Shown here: piece by piece, positions 27,195 through 38,700 of the stretch
Numbering within the stretch: position 1 is the stretch's first letter
How the letters are laid out: every line of letters starts with the position of its first letter
Position numbers and translations under genes: made by a program
Notes under the pieces: model-generated
What the model saw: only the letters and a program-made list of their open reading frames with translations
Told to the model about the DNA's origin: nothing
The model's database searches: none
Assembly: GCF_018350175.1 (NCBI RefSeq)
Contig: NC_058368.1
Span: forward strand, 7,812,001 to 7,876,000
From: Felis catus
Taxonomy: Eukaryota
Direction of reading: 5' to 3'
Length of the DNA: 64,000 nt

Positions 27195-30100
27195 CCACAT
27201 GTTCTTTATCCATTCATCCATCGGTGGACACTTGGGCTTTCCATACTTTGGCTATTGCTGATAGTGCTGCTATAAACATTGGGGTGCATGTGTCCCTTGG
27301 AAACAGCACACCTATATCCCTTGGAAAAATACCTAGTAGTGCAATTGCTGGGTCATAGGGTAGTTCTATTTTTAATTTTTTGAGGCGCCTCCATACTGTT
27401 TTCCAGAGTGGCTGCACCAGTTTGCATTCCCACCAGCAGTGCAAGAGAGAGCCTCTTTCTCCGCATCCTCGCCAACATCTGTTGTTTCCTGAGTTAATGT
27501 GAGCCATTCTGACAGGTGGGAGGTGGTGTCTCATTGTGGTTTTGACTTGTATTTCCCTGATGATGAGTGATGTTGAGCATTTTTTCATGTGTCGTTTGGC
27601 CATCTGGATGTCTTCCTTGGAGAAGTGTCTATTCATGTCTTTTGCCCATTTCTTCACTGGATTATTTGTTTTTTGGGTGTTGAGTTTGATAAGTTCTTTA
27701 TAGATTTTGGAGACTAACCCTTTATCTGATATGTCGTTTGCAAACATCTTCTCCCATTCTATCGGTTGCCTTTTAGTTTTGTGGAGTGTTTCCTTCACTG
27801 TGCAGAAGCTTTTTATTCTGATGAGGTCTCAGCAGTTCATTTTTGCTTTTGTTTCCCTTACCTCTGTAGACGTGTTGAGTAAGAAATTGCTGTGGCCAAG
27901 ATCAAAGAGGTTTTTTGCCTGCTTTTTTCTTGAGGATTTTGATGGCTTCTTGTCTTACATTTAGGTCTTTCATCCATTTTGAGTCTATTTTTGTGTCTGG
28001 TGTAAGAAAGTGGTCCAGGTTCATTCTTCTGCATGTCGCTGTCCAGTTTCCCCAGCACCACTTACTGAAGAGACTGTCTTTATTCCATTGGATATCCTTT
28101 GTTGCTTTCTCAAAGATTACTTGGCCATACGTTTGTGGGTCCATTTCTGGGTTCTCTGTTCTGTTCAGTTGATCTGAGTGTCTTGTTTTTGTGTCATCCT
28201 TTGCAGTCTTTTTTGTGTTTTGTTGCATTGGCTAAGGCTTTTAATATGATATTATATAGGAGTTGTCATAATTGACATTTTTGTCATATTCTATATTTAA
28301 AAGGAATGTTTCTAATGTTTTCATATTTAGGGAGAGTTCATTCCTGGCACCTCAGATGCATTTGTATCTGAAAGGACATCTTTTTTTTTTTTTTTTTTCT
28401 TAAACTTCTCTGAAAGAAAAAAAGAATTACTTCTGTTTTTTCCTGGAAAGGGTTTAAAAGTAACCTTTCTCAACATTTAGTCATGAGGCATTTATTCAGT
28501 GACTCCTGTGGGCCAAAAAGCTGAGCAAGACAAATATAGCCACTTTTATGGAGTTCACAGCTTTTTATTTTTCATTTTACGACTTTGTTTGAAGTATTTA
28601 CCATTATCATGTCAATTAAAAAGTTTCAGTTGACAGATATTGCCAAATTGTTTTCCAAAAGAGATTTTAACAACTGATATTAAAGTGTAACAGTATTTAT
28701 ATGCCACCCATCTTTTTACTAATTGTCTTAATAAACTTTTTAATCTTTGCCAATCTGAGAAGAGGCCAGTAAAGAGGCTGGTTTTAATTTGCCTCTCTTT
28801 AATTGTCAGTGAATATGAGCATCTTTTTAAATATTTGAGGCATTTAAATTTCTTGTCTACAAACTGGCTAGTAGTGTCATTTTTCTTTTTTCTTTTGGTT
28901 GCTTTCTATTTTCTTAATTTTAAGAACTATATTAAGCAAATTAGCCCTTTTTTAAATGTTGGAAATATCTTTTTTTGCTGTTGTGTAGGAAATTTATTTT
29001 TGAGGAAGTCAAATTGATTAAAATTCTCTTTTGACTTTTGCATTTTGTGTTTTCATAATATTTTAAAAAATATTCTTTGAGGTACTTTTCTTTTTAAACT
29101 CTTTAAATATTCAGTCAGAATATTTGCCTGAAAAACGAAAAGACCACTTGCTTTTATCTGTTTTATCTAAATAGCCATCTTTGCTTATATCTGGATTCAT
29201 TCTGTCATTTTGTGACAGCTAGTAAGTTGTCTTATCTGACTGCTGTCCTCATCTCCCCTCAAGTTTGAAATGCCAGCTTTATCTTACTTCTTCATATGTA
29301 TTTGAGGTCCAGTTTCGTGCCTGTTCTATTGTATTGACCCACTATTGATATGAACCTTTAGCAAACATTTTCATTACTGTAGCTTTTATCACTTTTTACT
29401 ATCTTGTGCTCTTATATCACACTTTATTCTTTCTACTTTTTCTTAATTCTTCCTCTGTACTGAATATTCTTTAATAGTTTTCCTGGCTATTCTCAGTGTT
29501 TATTTTTCCACATAGATATAATTGGTTTGGCTAATTAAAAAATTATTTATATTGAGCTAGCATTATGTTTTTAGATCAGTTAAGGGTAGTATTGAAGTCT
29601 CTATAACAAATAGGTACAGGTATTTATTTCCTTTTGTTCAGTTTACCTTTTGTTTCTGTTAGTAGAGTTTTAATCTCTCCTTTATATAAGCCCTGTACAT
29701 TTCTAGTTCGTGTAGACCTGGATTTTTATGTTTTGTTGCGTGTTGAGGTATAAACCACGTATCATGAAATTCACCCTTTCAGGACGTACAGTTCAGTGGT
29801 TTTTAGCGTATCCACAATTGTGTAGCCATTATCACTGTCTAGTTCCACAATTCCTCACTTTACCTCAAAGGAAACTTCATACCTGTAGTAGTTACTCCCC
29901 ATTTCCCCATCCCTAGCCCTTGGAAAGCACTAATCTACTTTAGGTCTTTATGGATTTGCTGTTCTGGGCATTTCATAGAAATCGAATCATTAAATAAGTG
30001 GCCTTTTGCGTCTGGCTTCTTTCACTTACCGATGTTTTCAGGGTTCATCCGTGTTATAGCACGTATCAGATTGTCCCCCTTTTTATGGGTGAATAATATC

Positions 30101-32691
30101 CCATGGTATGGATGGATCTGATTTTATTTACACATTTATCAGCTGATAGCCATTTGGGTTTTACTCTTTTTTGACTGTTACGCATAATGCTGCTCCGAAC
30201 ATGCATGTTCCACTGTTTGCAGGAACACATGTTGTAAATTCCTTTTGGTAGCGTACTTAGGAGTGGAGTTGCTGGGTCATATTATAACTATGCTTAACCA
30301 TTTGAAGCGCTACCAGACTGTTGCCCAAAGTGACTACATGACATTGCCTTCCCGCCAGCAGTGTTTGAGGATTTCAGTTTTTCCATTTGCTTGCTAATAC
30401 TTGCTACTGTCTTGTTTTTATTATAATCATCCTAGTGGTATGAGTGGTTTTGTGGTTGTGATTTGTAGGTCTCTAATGACTAATGATGTTGAGCTTCTTT
30501 TTATGTGCTGCTTTGCCGTTTTTTAAAGTTCATTTATTTTAAGAGAGAGTGCGAGCGCTTGTGCGTGGGGGAGGCGGGCAGAGAGAGTGAGAGAGAGAAT
30601 CCCAAGCAGGCTCCACACCCTGAGTGCAGAGCCCAATGCAGGGTTCAGACTCACCAACCGTGAGATAGTGACCTGAGCTGGAATCAAGAGTTGGACATTT
30701 AACTGACCGAGCCGTCTAGGCACCCCCTTATCTGCCATTTGTGTGTCTTCTTTGGAAAAATGTCTATTCAGACCCTTGCTCATTTTTAAATGTAGTTATT
30801 TGTTTCTATTGTTGAGTCATGAGAGTTCCTTATATATTGTGCATATGAGCCCATTACTGAATATGAGTTGTAAATATTTTAATTGATAGTTTACTGCGGA
30901 GTGCAAAAAATTTTCAATTTTGATGAAATCCAGTTTACTTTTGATTCTTTTGGTTATGTGTGCTTTAGGTGTCCTATTTTAAGAAACCATTGCTTAGCTG
31001 AAGATCCTGAAGGTTTATGCTTGTTTTCTTAGAGTTTCATAGTTTAGCTCCTATGTTTAGGTTATTGGTCCATTTTGAGGTAATTTTTATATATGGTGTG
31101 AGGTAGAGGTTGGATGTTTTATATTATGTTTCTGTTTTGTGTAGTTGTCACCCCTAGAATTTTACCATGCTCGCTTTTACTAAGCATGAAATTGTGGAAG
31201 AGGAAGGAGGTAAAGATATTATTATGAGGATTTTTAATGACTTTGTTTCTTTCTGCCCTTTTTTAATGTTATAATTCCTAGAATCTTAATTATACTTTGA
31301 CTTTAATCTATCTCAGATTAATTGTTCTTCTTTCGCTGTCAGTGCTTATTCAGATTTACCCATATAATTTGATTTTCTATTGTTTTAGGGAGAAGGAGTT
31401 ACCTCTATACTGAGTTAATCATTTAATTGTTCTTTCACCAAGGAGATGTGAGAGATAAAAATGTCTTCATTGTCCCCCTCATTTGCAAACTGTGTATAAA
31501 CTTTAATATGACCATTCATTTGGGGTGCTTGGGTGGCTCAGTCGGTTGGGTGTCTGACTTCGGCTCAGGTCATGATCTCGGGGTTCGTGGGTTCAAGCCC
31601 CGCATTGGGCTCTGTGCTGACAGCTTGGAGCCTGGAGCCTGCTTCGGATTCTGTGTCTCCCTCCCTCTCTCTCTGCCCCCCCCCGCCCCCCCCTTTCAAA
31701 AATAAAATATATGACCATTCATTTTCCTTCCTTTGATTATATTATTTCATTGTTTAATGTTGCTGTTGCTGATGCAGGTTTAATGTTGCTGATGTCATTG
31801 TTTTTTGGGAGTTTTTCGTTTTGTTTTTAGATAGTTTGTCTTTTTTCTGGTAGCTTTTTAGATTTGTCTCTTTATCTTTGTCACTCTACAATTTCAGTTG
31901 ACTGACAGATTTGTTTTTACTTACTCTGTGTAGATCTGTTGCTCAGGATTTCTTCAATTAGGATTTATATGGTAAATTAATTCTTGAAAATCACAAATCT
32001 TGTCTTTGAATATTGCTTTGTCTCCCCAATATTCTTTCTTTTTTTTTCTCCAGGAAATTTGCCTTCTCATTCTACCTTTTGTGTCTCCTAACTACTTTTT
32101 CATATTTTCGAAGTTTTATTTTTAGGTAATTTCCTCAGTGCCTTCTCTGGTTTATCTTTTCTCTCTTTGATTGTGTCTACTTTGCCATTTAACTCGTTTG
32201 TTGAGTTTTTCCCCCCTTCAATTTCAGTGATTATATTTTTCACTCTTCGAGAGTCTAGTTCTATTTAAGAACAAATGTCCTGTTTTTCATGTTTGTCATT
32301 TCTTTCATGTCCTTAATCATTTTAGTTGTTTTATTTCTTTTACAGGGTTCTGTTTTCTGAGATTCCTTTTTCTCAGGGAATTAATTCTCAAGTAGATTGT
32401 GCATTCCAGCTCTTTGAGAGTTCTTCTAAGTGGGATTGTTTTTCTGGGGGGCAGATCTTGTGTATTCTGGGTTGTAGAAGCACTCATCAAAAACAGTTGG
32501 TGTTTGCTTCACGCAGACGTCCAGTGCCGGTGCAAGTTTCATGTGAAGTTCTCACTGGGATTCCTATCACATGAAGTCTGCTGGAAATTTCCCCTCTTAC
32601 ACCTGCGCATGATACAGGCATTGGGCTCTTTTCTCTGGCCACCACCCCGGTCTGCTCCTTTCCTTCATCTCTCTCTTCCACAAGCAAGCTT

Positions 32692-32725
<34 letters not shown>

Positions 32726-35700
32726 GCCTCTGTTGGCCAGTAGGTAGAAAGTTTTCTCCTCCTACATTCACTGGTGTCGCAGCTTTTCTAGACTCCTTGG
32801 CTTCACACTGGGATTTGGGTTCCGTTCCCCGTGTTTTATGGGCTGAAGGCCATATTTCATATTCTCCTGTGGGCATTAAAGCCTCAGTTAGAGACTATAT
32901 CTGGCCCAGGGTTTTTTTCCTCAGACTTTCCGCAGTATAACCTCTTAATTCCAGATTTTTCTTTCATTTCTTGTTCTTGGAGTTCTTTGTTGTTGTTCTT
33001 TTGACCTTAGGTATATTTTAAATTTGGGTTGTATTTTATCTTGTAGTTCTGTGTATTCACAGTTTCGGTAGGGGTTGAAGGGACGGTATCATGTTAGTGG
33101 AATCTGATTTCCCAGAAACGATATTGCCCTAACTGGTTGTTTGTATTTAGGAATGCTGTTCATTTAGTATACGTTAATATTGTAATTACATTTACTGTAA
33201 TGAATTCTCTCATTATTTACAAGAGTCTTTTTGTTGGTTTTCTTGTGTTTTTTCCAAGTATAGAATCATGTCATCCAAAAACACTGATAGTTTGACTCCA
33301 TAAAGTACCCTTGAAGTTTTTTATATTAGTTCCTCTATTTTGTTAATTGCTCTGGTTAACTCCTCTGGTGAGCATTTCCGTATGGTTCCCTCACTTTTAT
33401 TTGAATTGGGATACATTTAAGAAAAGATGTTTTTAAATGTTCTGAAGCAATTAATTTAACAGGTCTGACTCAAGTATCACAGTTTGCATTTAACCTAATG
33501 AATTATAGTGCATAGGTATTGTATATGATGTCACCAAATTGTCATTCTAAGAATAAATTATAAAAAGTAACACAAAACATAAATACAAAAATGAAATGTT
33601 TCTGAATCATCTTTTTTTTTTTAAGTACAAATTTCCATTCTTCCATATTGTTTCTTAATGGTATCCTCAGTGGTTTCTGTATTTGCTTAAGCGTTCTGGT
33701 GATCGAGTACCGGTTAACAGCAAGGCACTGGTGTGGGAATCACTACAAGTAGGCCTTCCCCCTGCATATGGAAAGAGCGAACTTCTAAAGGAGTATTTAC
33801 ATGTGAGAGAGATGAAATCAAACCTGTTCGTTTTCATTCATCTTTACTTTTAACTACCCATTTCTGGAGTATGGTTCCACTCCTTTGTGCTGTTTGTAAT
33901 TTAGTCTTGTATATGGGCAGTTGGTAGTGAGTGAGTTGTGGCTATTGTCTTCATAGAAAAGTACAGAATACCTCTCTTCGAGCAGCTATGTGCATATTGT
34001 ACTCAGTTCTTTAACATGTTTGTAAAATATTCTGGTGGCACAAAGCTGTGCCTTATGTGGCTAGGTTTGATGTTTCGGTAATTTGGGGTTCGTTTCATTT
34101 CTAGCTTCCTATGCATTTAAATATCCTGTTACCCCTGTGGGTGGTGGTACTTCATAGTGTACATGCTTTCTTTTGAATGTATTTAAATAACTTACCTGCC
34201 TCAGCTCAGATACGTGAACGCAAATGTCAGTGTTGTAACTTTGTTTTAGAACAGCTACAACATTGACAATTTCATAGAAAGCTGGCTACTTACAACTTCT
34301 AAATTCTGTGCATGAATTTCCTTCTTAATTGACCACAGATTGTTTTTGGTAATCTTTCCCCATGTATTGAGCCTTAAGGAGATAGTGTACCTTCTGTCTC
34401 ACTTACACACCTACTCTGGTGTCAAGATTTTTCCCTTCACCCCGTGCTGCACCTCTGCCACCCCACGTGGCTTATGTAGTTGCTCATGTTACTACTACAA
34501 GTAATGGACCCCTTTCTACCCTCCAGTACAGGACTTAGGAACCGGGCGACCGTAGAGCATATTGACTAAGAGCACAGGCTTTGCAATCGAATAGATCGGA
34601 GTTTGAGTCTTGATTCTTTTGTTTAACAACCTGTATTTGTCCTTAGAATAAGTTTAAAAACTTTTTTAATGTTAGTTTCCTTTGCAGTGAGGTGAATATG
34701 ACATACCTACCTCACAGGGTTGTTGTGAGGGTTGAACAGACTGATGTATATGAAGTACGTTTATTAGTGCCTGCCCCATGGACAGTGCTCAAGAATTGGT
34801 AGCTGTATTTCTTGCTGCTATTTAACTTAAAGGTAGTAAACACGTTCGCTTATCTTTGATGACTTGGCCAATTTTATCTTGGAAAGACTTGGAATACTAG
34901 CTTAGGAAAACTTTTAAATGCATTTCATATTAGGTAAGTGGGGAGTATTTATCTTTCAAAGATAGTTAAATAATTCAATTTTTTGCTGTATGGATTAACC
35001 TGCAATTCGATGTGTAATACAGAGTTAAGAAAACACAGAGAACTCTGGAACAGTTTTTTTAAAAAAATAAGCTTATATCTTAATATAGTAGCTTGGTTTC
35101 CTTATAAATAGTGGTTTTTTTTAAACGGGGGTTTAGATTTTTAGCGTTTCTCTTAGATACATTTAAGACACGCTTGAGAATGCCCGGCCTATTTTCATGT
35201 CAGTGCAGTAGACATTGTATTATAGCGGTACGACTGTCCCATTTGGAGTTTGGAGACCTGGCTTTGAGTCTTGGCTTTGCTTTTGACTTTGCACAAATGT
35301 CACACTGGTCAAGTCAGAACCTCTTCATGTCTGACTTCTGTACTGTGGTGCTTGTAACTTGACCTGCCTCGCCTTCCTAACTCATTTAGTTGCTCAGAAA
35401 ATCAGAATAATTACCTTAAGGCTCTTTAGAAAGTGGAAAGGGCTATCCCGAGTAGAGATAAGTGTTATCTCAGTTCTCACCTTATTTTTGTCCACTACAT
35501 CTGTCCAAAACACAGTGTTGGTGTTTTATGAATTTCTCAGAATTGAAATTCATGCCGTTGTTAATCATATTTCTCTGACAAGAGGCATTTTGGTAAACTT
35601 TTTTCTTGCATTGTGAGGTGGCATATTACTTTAAAGGTGTGTGTTTTAGTTAACTCCCCATGGCCACAAAGTAGTTCGGGGAGTAAGCTGAGTTTTTTAA

Positions 35701-38700
35701 AGAAGTGTGCCTATAGCTCTAGAAATTCTTTTCAGTCTCTGCTCAGAACTGATCACCTCCATTAAGCCTTTGATTGATTCTACCTGGTTTTAATTAACTC
35801 GCATTCCATCTGCATTTATGCATGTAGTTTGCAGTATGTTAATTTACAGTGGAGTGTTTTTGTAAGTCATTTTATGTCTTTTACATGTGACCTGGACTTG
35901 TTTTCTCGGCTAGTTGGAATCTCCTGAAGGGTTACGACAATTGTCCTTTCCTTTCTTCACATTAGAATCCTAATAGAGGATGCCCTGCATATAATGATTT
36001 CTTCTAGTTGTGTTTGCGTAAAACTTCCACTAAAATCTAGTGGCATCATTTGACCTAATATTACAGGGTACACATCTGCAGAAATTTTCATTTGTTTTAG
36101 TGTATGCCTATTTAGAGTTAAAAGACAAAAGGCATAAAAACAGTGTACTGCTTGATTCAAAAATAATAGTGTGTAAGCTGCCATGTACTTCAGCTGAGAC
36201 TAGACTTCATTGTTTTGCTTTTTCAAACCATTCTGTTAACTGTATTTGGCCAAAAGAAATCTAGTAAATCTCATTAAATAGTTTGATTTTTGAAACTATA
36301 CTACTGGAGGATAAGGTGGTATTTGCGTTAATAGCCATAGTTTTAAATGATTCTTTGCCAAAAAGGAATTGAGCCCTTGATGAAAGAAAGGCTTTTATTA
36401 AAGGCTTATAAAAAGGCTTTTTGAGAGTCCCAGTTGCTTATTTCTCATTTTTCCATAAAATTAATTTGTTAAATTACCGATGATTCTTACTATTGAAGTT
36501 TCTCATGTAAACCTTGATATGGAGGAGACTATTCTTGCAATAAATTTCCTAGCTTATTTGGAAATGGCTATGTTTGAAAAAAAGAAACGTCTTTACACTT
36601 GCTTTCATCAGAGCTTTCTCTAAAACAAACCAAGATAAAATCATGGCTTTTATTTTTGCACTTAAAGAATTTGCTAAAGAGGATGTTTCTTCCAAATGAA
36701 TGTTTGCATTTTATTTTCCAGACCTTTTTCTCTAAAACCAGTTTTTGCTCCTAAGAAACATTTTTACGTCTTCTTCAGGAATGTCCTTGTCTGCCGGATC
36801 TTCTCCTCTTCATTCTCCCAAGATCACTCCACATACTTCTCCTGCGCCCAGAAGAAGAAGTCACACTCCAAATCCAGCAAATTACATGGTGCCTTCTAGT
36901 GCCTCTACATCTGTTAATAATCCTGTTTCTCAGACTCCATCTTCTGGTCAGGTGATCCAAAAGGAAACTGTCGGTGGGACGACTTACTTCTATACAGACA
37001 CAACCCCAGCACCTTTGACTGGAATGGTAGGTCTACATGACGGGAGAAGTGAGAGTAGTCTTAACAGCAGTTCCTTCTTGATAATGAGATTAGTGAGGAG
37101 GTCGTCTCCCCCCCCCCCCCCCCCCCCCCCCGCATCTTTTTATTGTGATGTGAAAACGTATTTACTTTTCTAAGTTAGACGATGATCCTGACCTCTTCTC
37201 ATCTCTTCAAAGTAAACTTTCTGTATTAATAATAACTCCAGTTTAGACAGAACCGGGTTTAATCACAAATCAGACTATCTTCTGGCTCTAGTTGAGTACT
37301 TTATGGCACGTTTGCTCATGGGGTTACCTTGTACTGGTGCTAGCTGGAGTTGATGTTTGCTGCGTTTGTTTGTAGGTGTACGTAGTTTTACCTCTGGTAA
37401 GAACTTGGAGAAAGTAGATGGTTTCTAATGGTAGTCGCTAAAAACAACTGATGATAAACTCTTGCTTCAGGTGAGGCAATGATTTAATCTCTAGATCTCT
37501 GGATGGTGGAGGACACATGATGATAAGGGGCTTCCAGTGTGGGTTATTGGTAAGGAAGGAGGAAGCCCAGCAGGGGAAACCCTGATCGTGGATGAAGAAA
37601 GAGCTACCAAAGGAAGGCAGAGGGAGAGAGGGGAAAGGGCAAAGAGGGAAGTGTCGTCATGTTCCATAAATTGTATCTCTTTGCTTCATTCTGGCTATGT
37701 CAAAAAATTGTTTTTTAACTGGTATGGTGAAATAAGTAGTGGATGAAGAGCTTGTGAGTTCGAAAGCCAAATTCCATTAAGGTAGGAGAACTGATCTCAA
37801 TGGTAGACATTTGACATAATTACAGAGCATAGGTTTCGATGAAAAGTATGCTTGGATTCTAGTAAGCAGATTTTGATCTCACAAGTTTAACTAATGGCTT
37901 ATTTTGATTAATGGTTTACTAAAAGGCAATTTGAAAGGAAAGATGACAGAGTTCTTTTATGTTTTTTTAAGAGTCCCTCCCGGTCCTGCCATTGTTTTGT
38001 GACTTTTGAATCTTAGTACCTCTGAGACCATTTCCCCAGTTGTAAATGGGGATAATAATTTAGTGAAAACATTTATAGAAGTACTTGTAAATTATGTAAA
38101 ATGTTTCAAAAACTAATAAATAGCTAATAGTCTTGTTCTGTTTTGTTTTGTTTTTGGTCAGAGATCTTTCAAAAATTATCACAGAACAGCTTGCCGAACA
38201 GAAGGTCAAATAATTGAGGTAGAGTAGAGACTTTCCTTGGTTCTTTCAAGTAAGAATTCCATCAATGTGTTACCTTTTTTGGGGGTTTATTATAATTATT
38301 TACATTTTTATTATAGCATATTTGTAGAAAGTAGTTTAGTTTAACCTATAAAGAGGTTCTTTTGTCACAAAACTCTCTCAGCTGTTTTTGTAGAGATTAC
38401 ATAGGGCACATTTTTATGATGTTTTTACCCTTCAGACCACTGTTAGAAATGTGCTCATGGTGAACTTGAGCTAATTAAGCCAAACTGTGCTCTCTGGTGT
38501 AAGAAAACCGAGGCAAGAGAAAGGAAATCTTCTCCCTGCGGATATAGGTTAAAGGAAACCATACATACAGGTGTTGCAAAACCACTTCCTGGTTGAGATC
38601 CAGAGCAGCATAATTATCTGAGGGCAGCAGAAATCAGCTGAATTCATTTTACAAAGACGAAAAACAAAGCGTTTGTTTCAGCTTTTTAAAAAGGAAAAAG

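Larger units (their letters stand above)
28620..33400 (-). mobile_element. Cluster of old L1 fragments, including an L1MA/MB-type 3' end at ~29740-31110
   Basis: L1 3' hallmarks: aaattcacccttt...tacagttcagtggttttta, cactaatctacttt, tctggcttctttcactta, aaatgtctattcag, ggtgtgaggtag; boundaries approximate. Confidence 0.75.

Noticed and set aside
27214..28228. Longest ORFs in the track (194 aa, 108 aa) as a nested gene
   Set aside because: They are frameshifted L1 ORF2 C-terminal fragments inside a 5'-truncated L1 with TSDs.
36745..37173. 142-aa ORF as a standalone gene
   Set aside because: It is the 248-nt PAN3 exon plus read-through into flanking intron, including the poly-C run.
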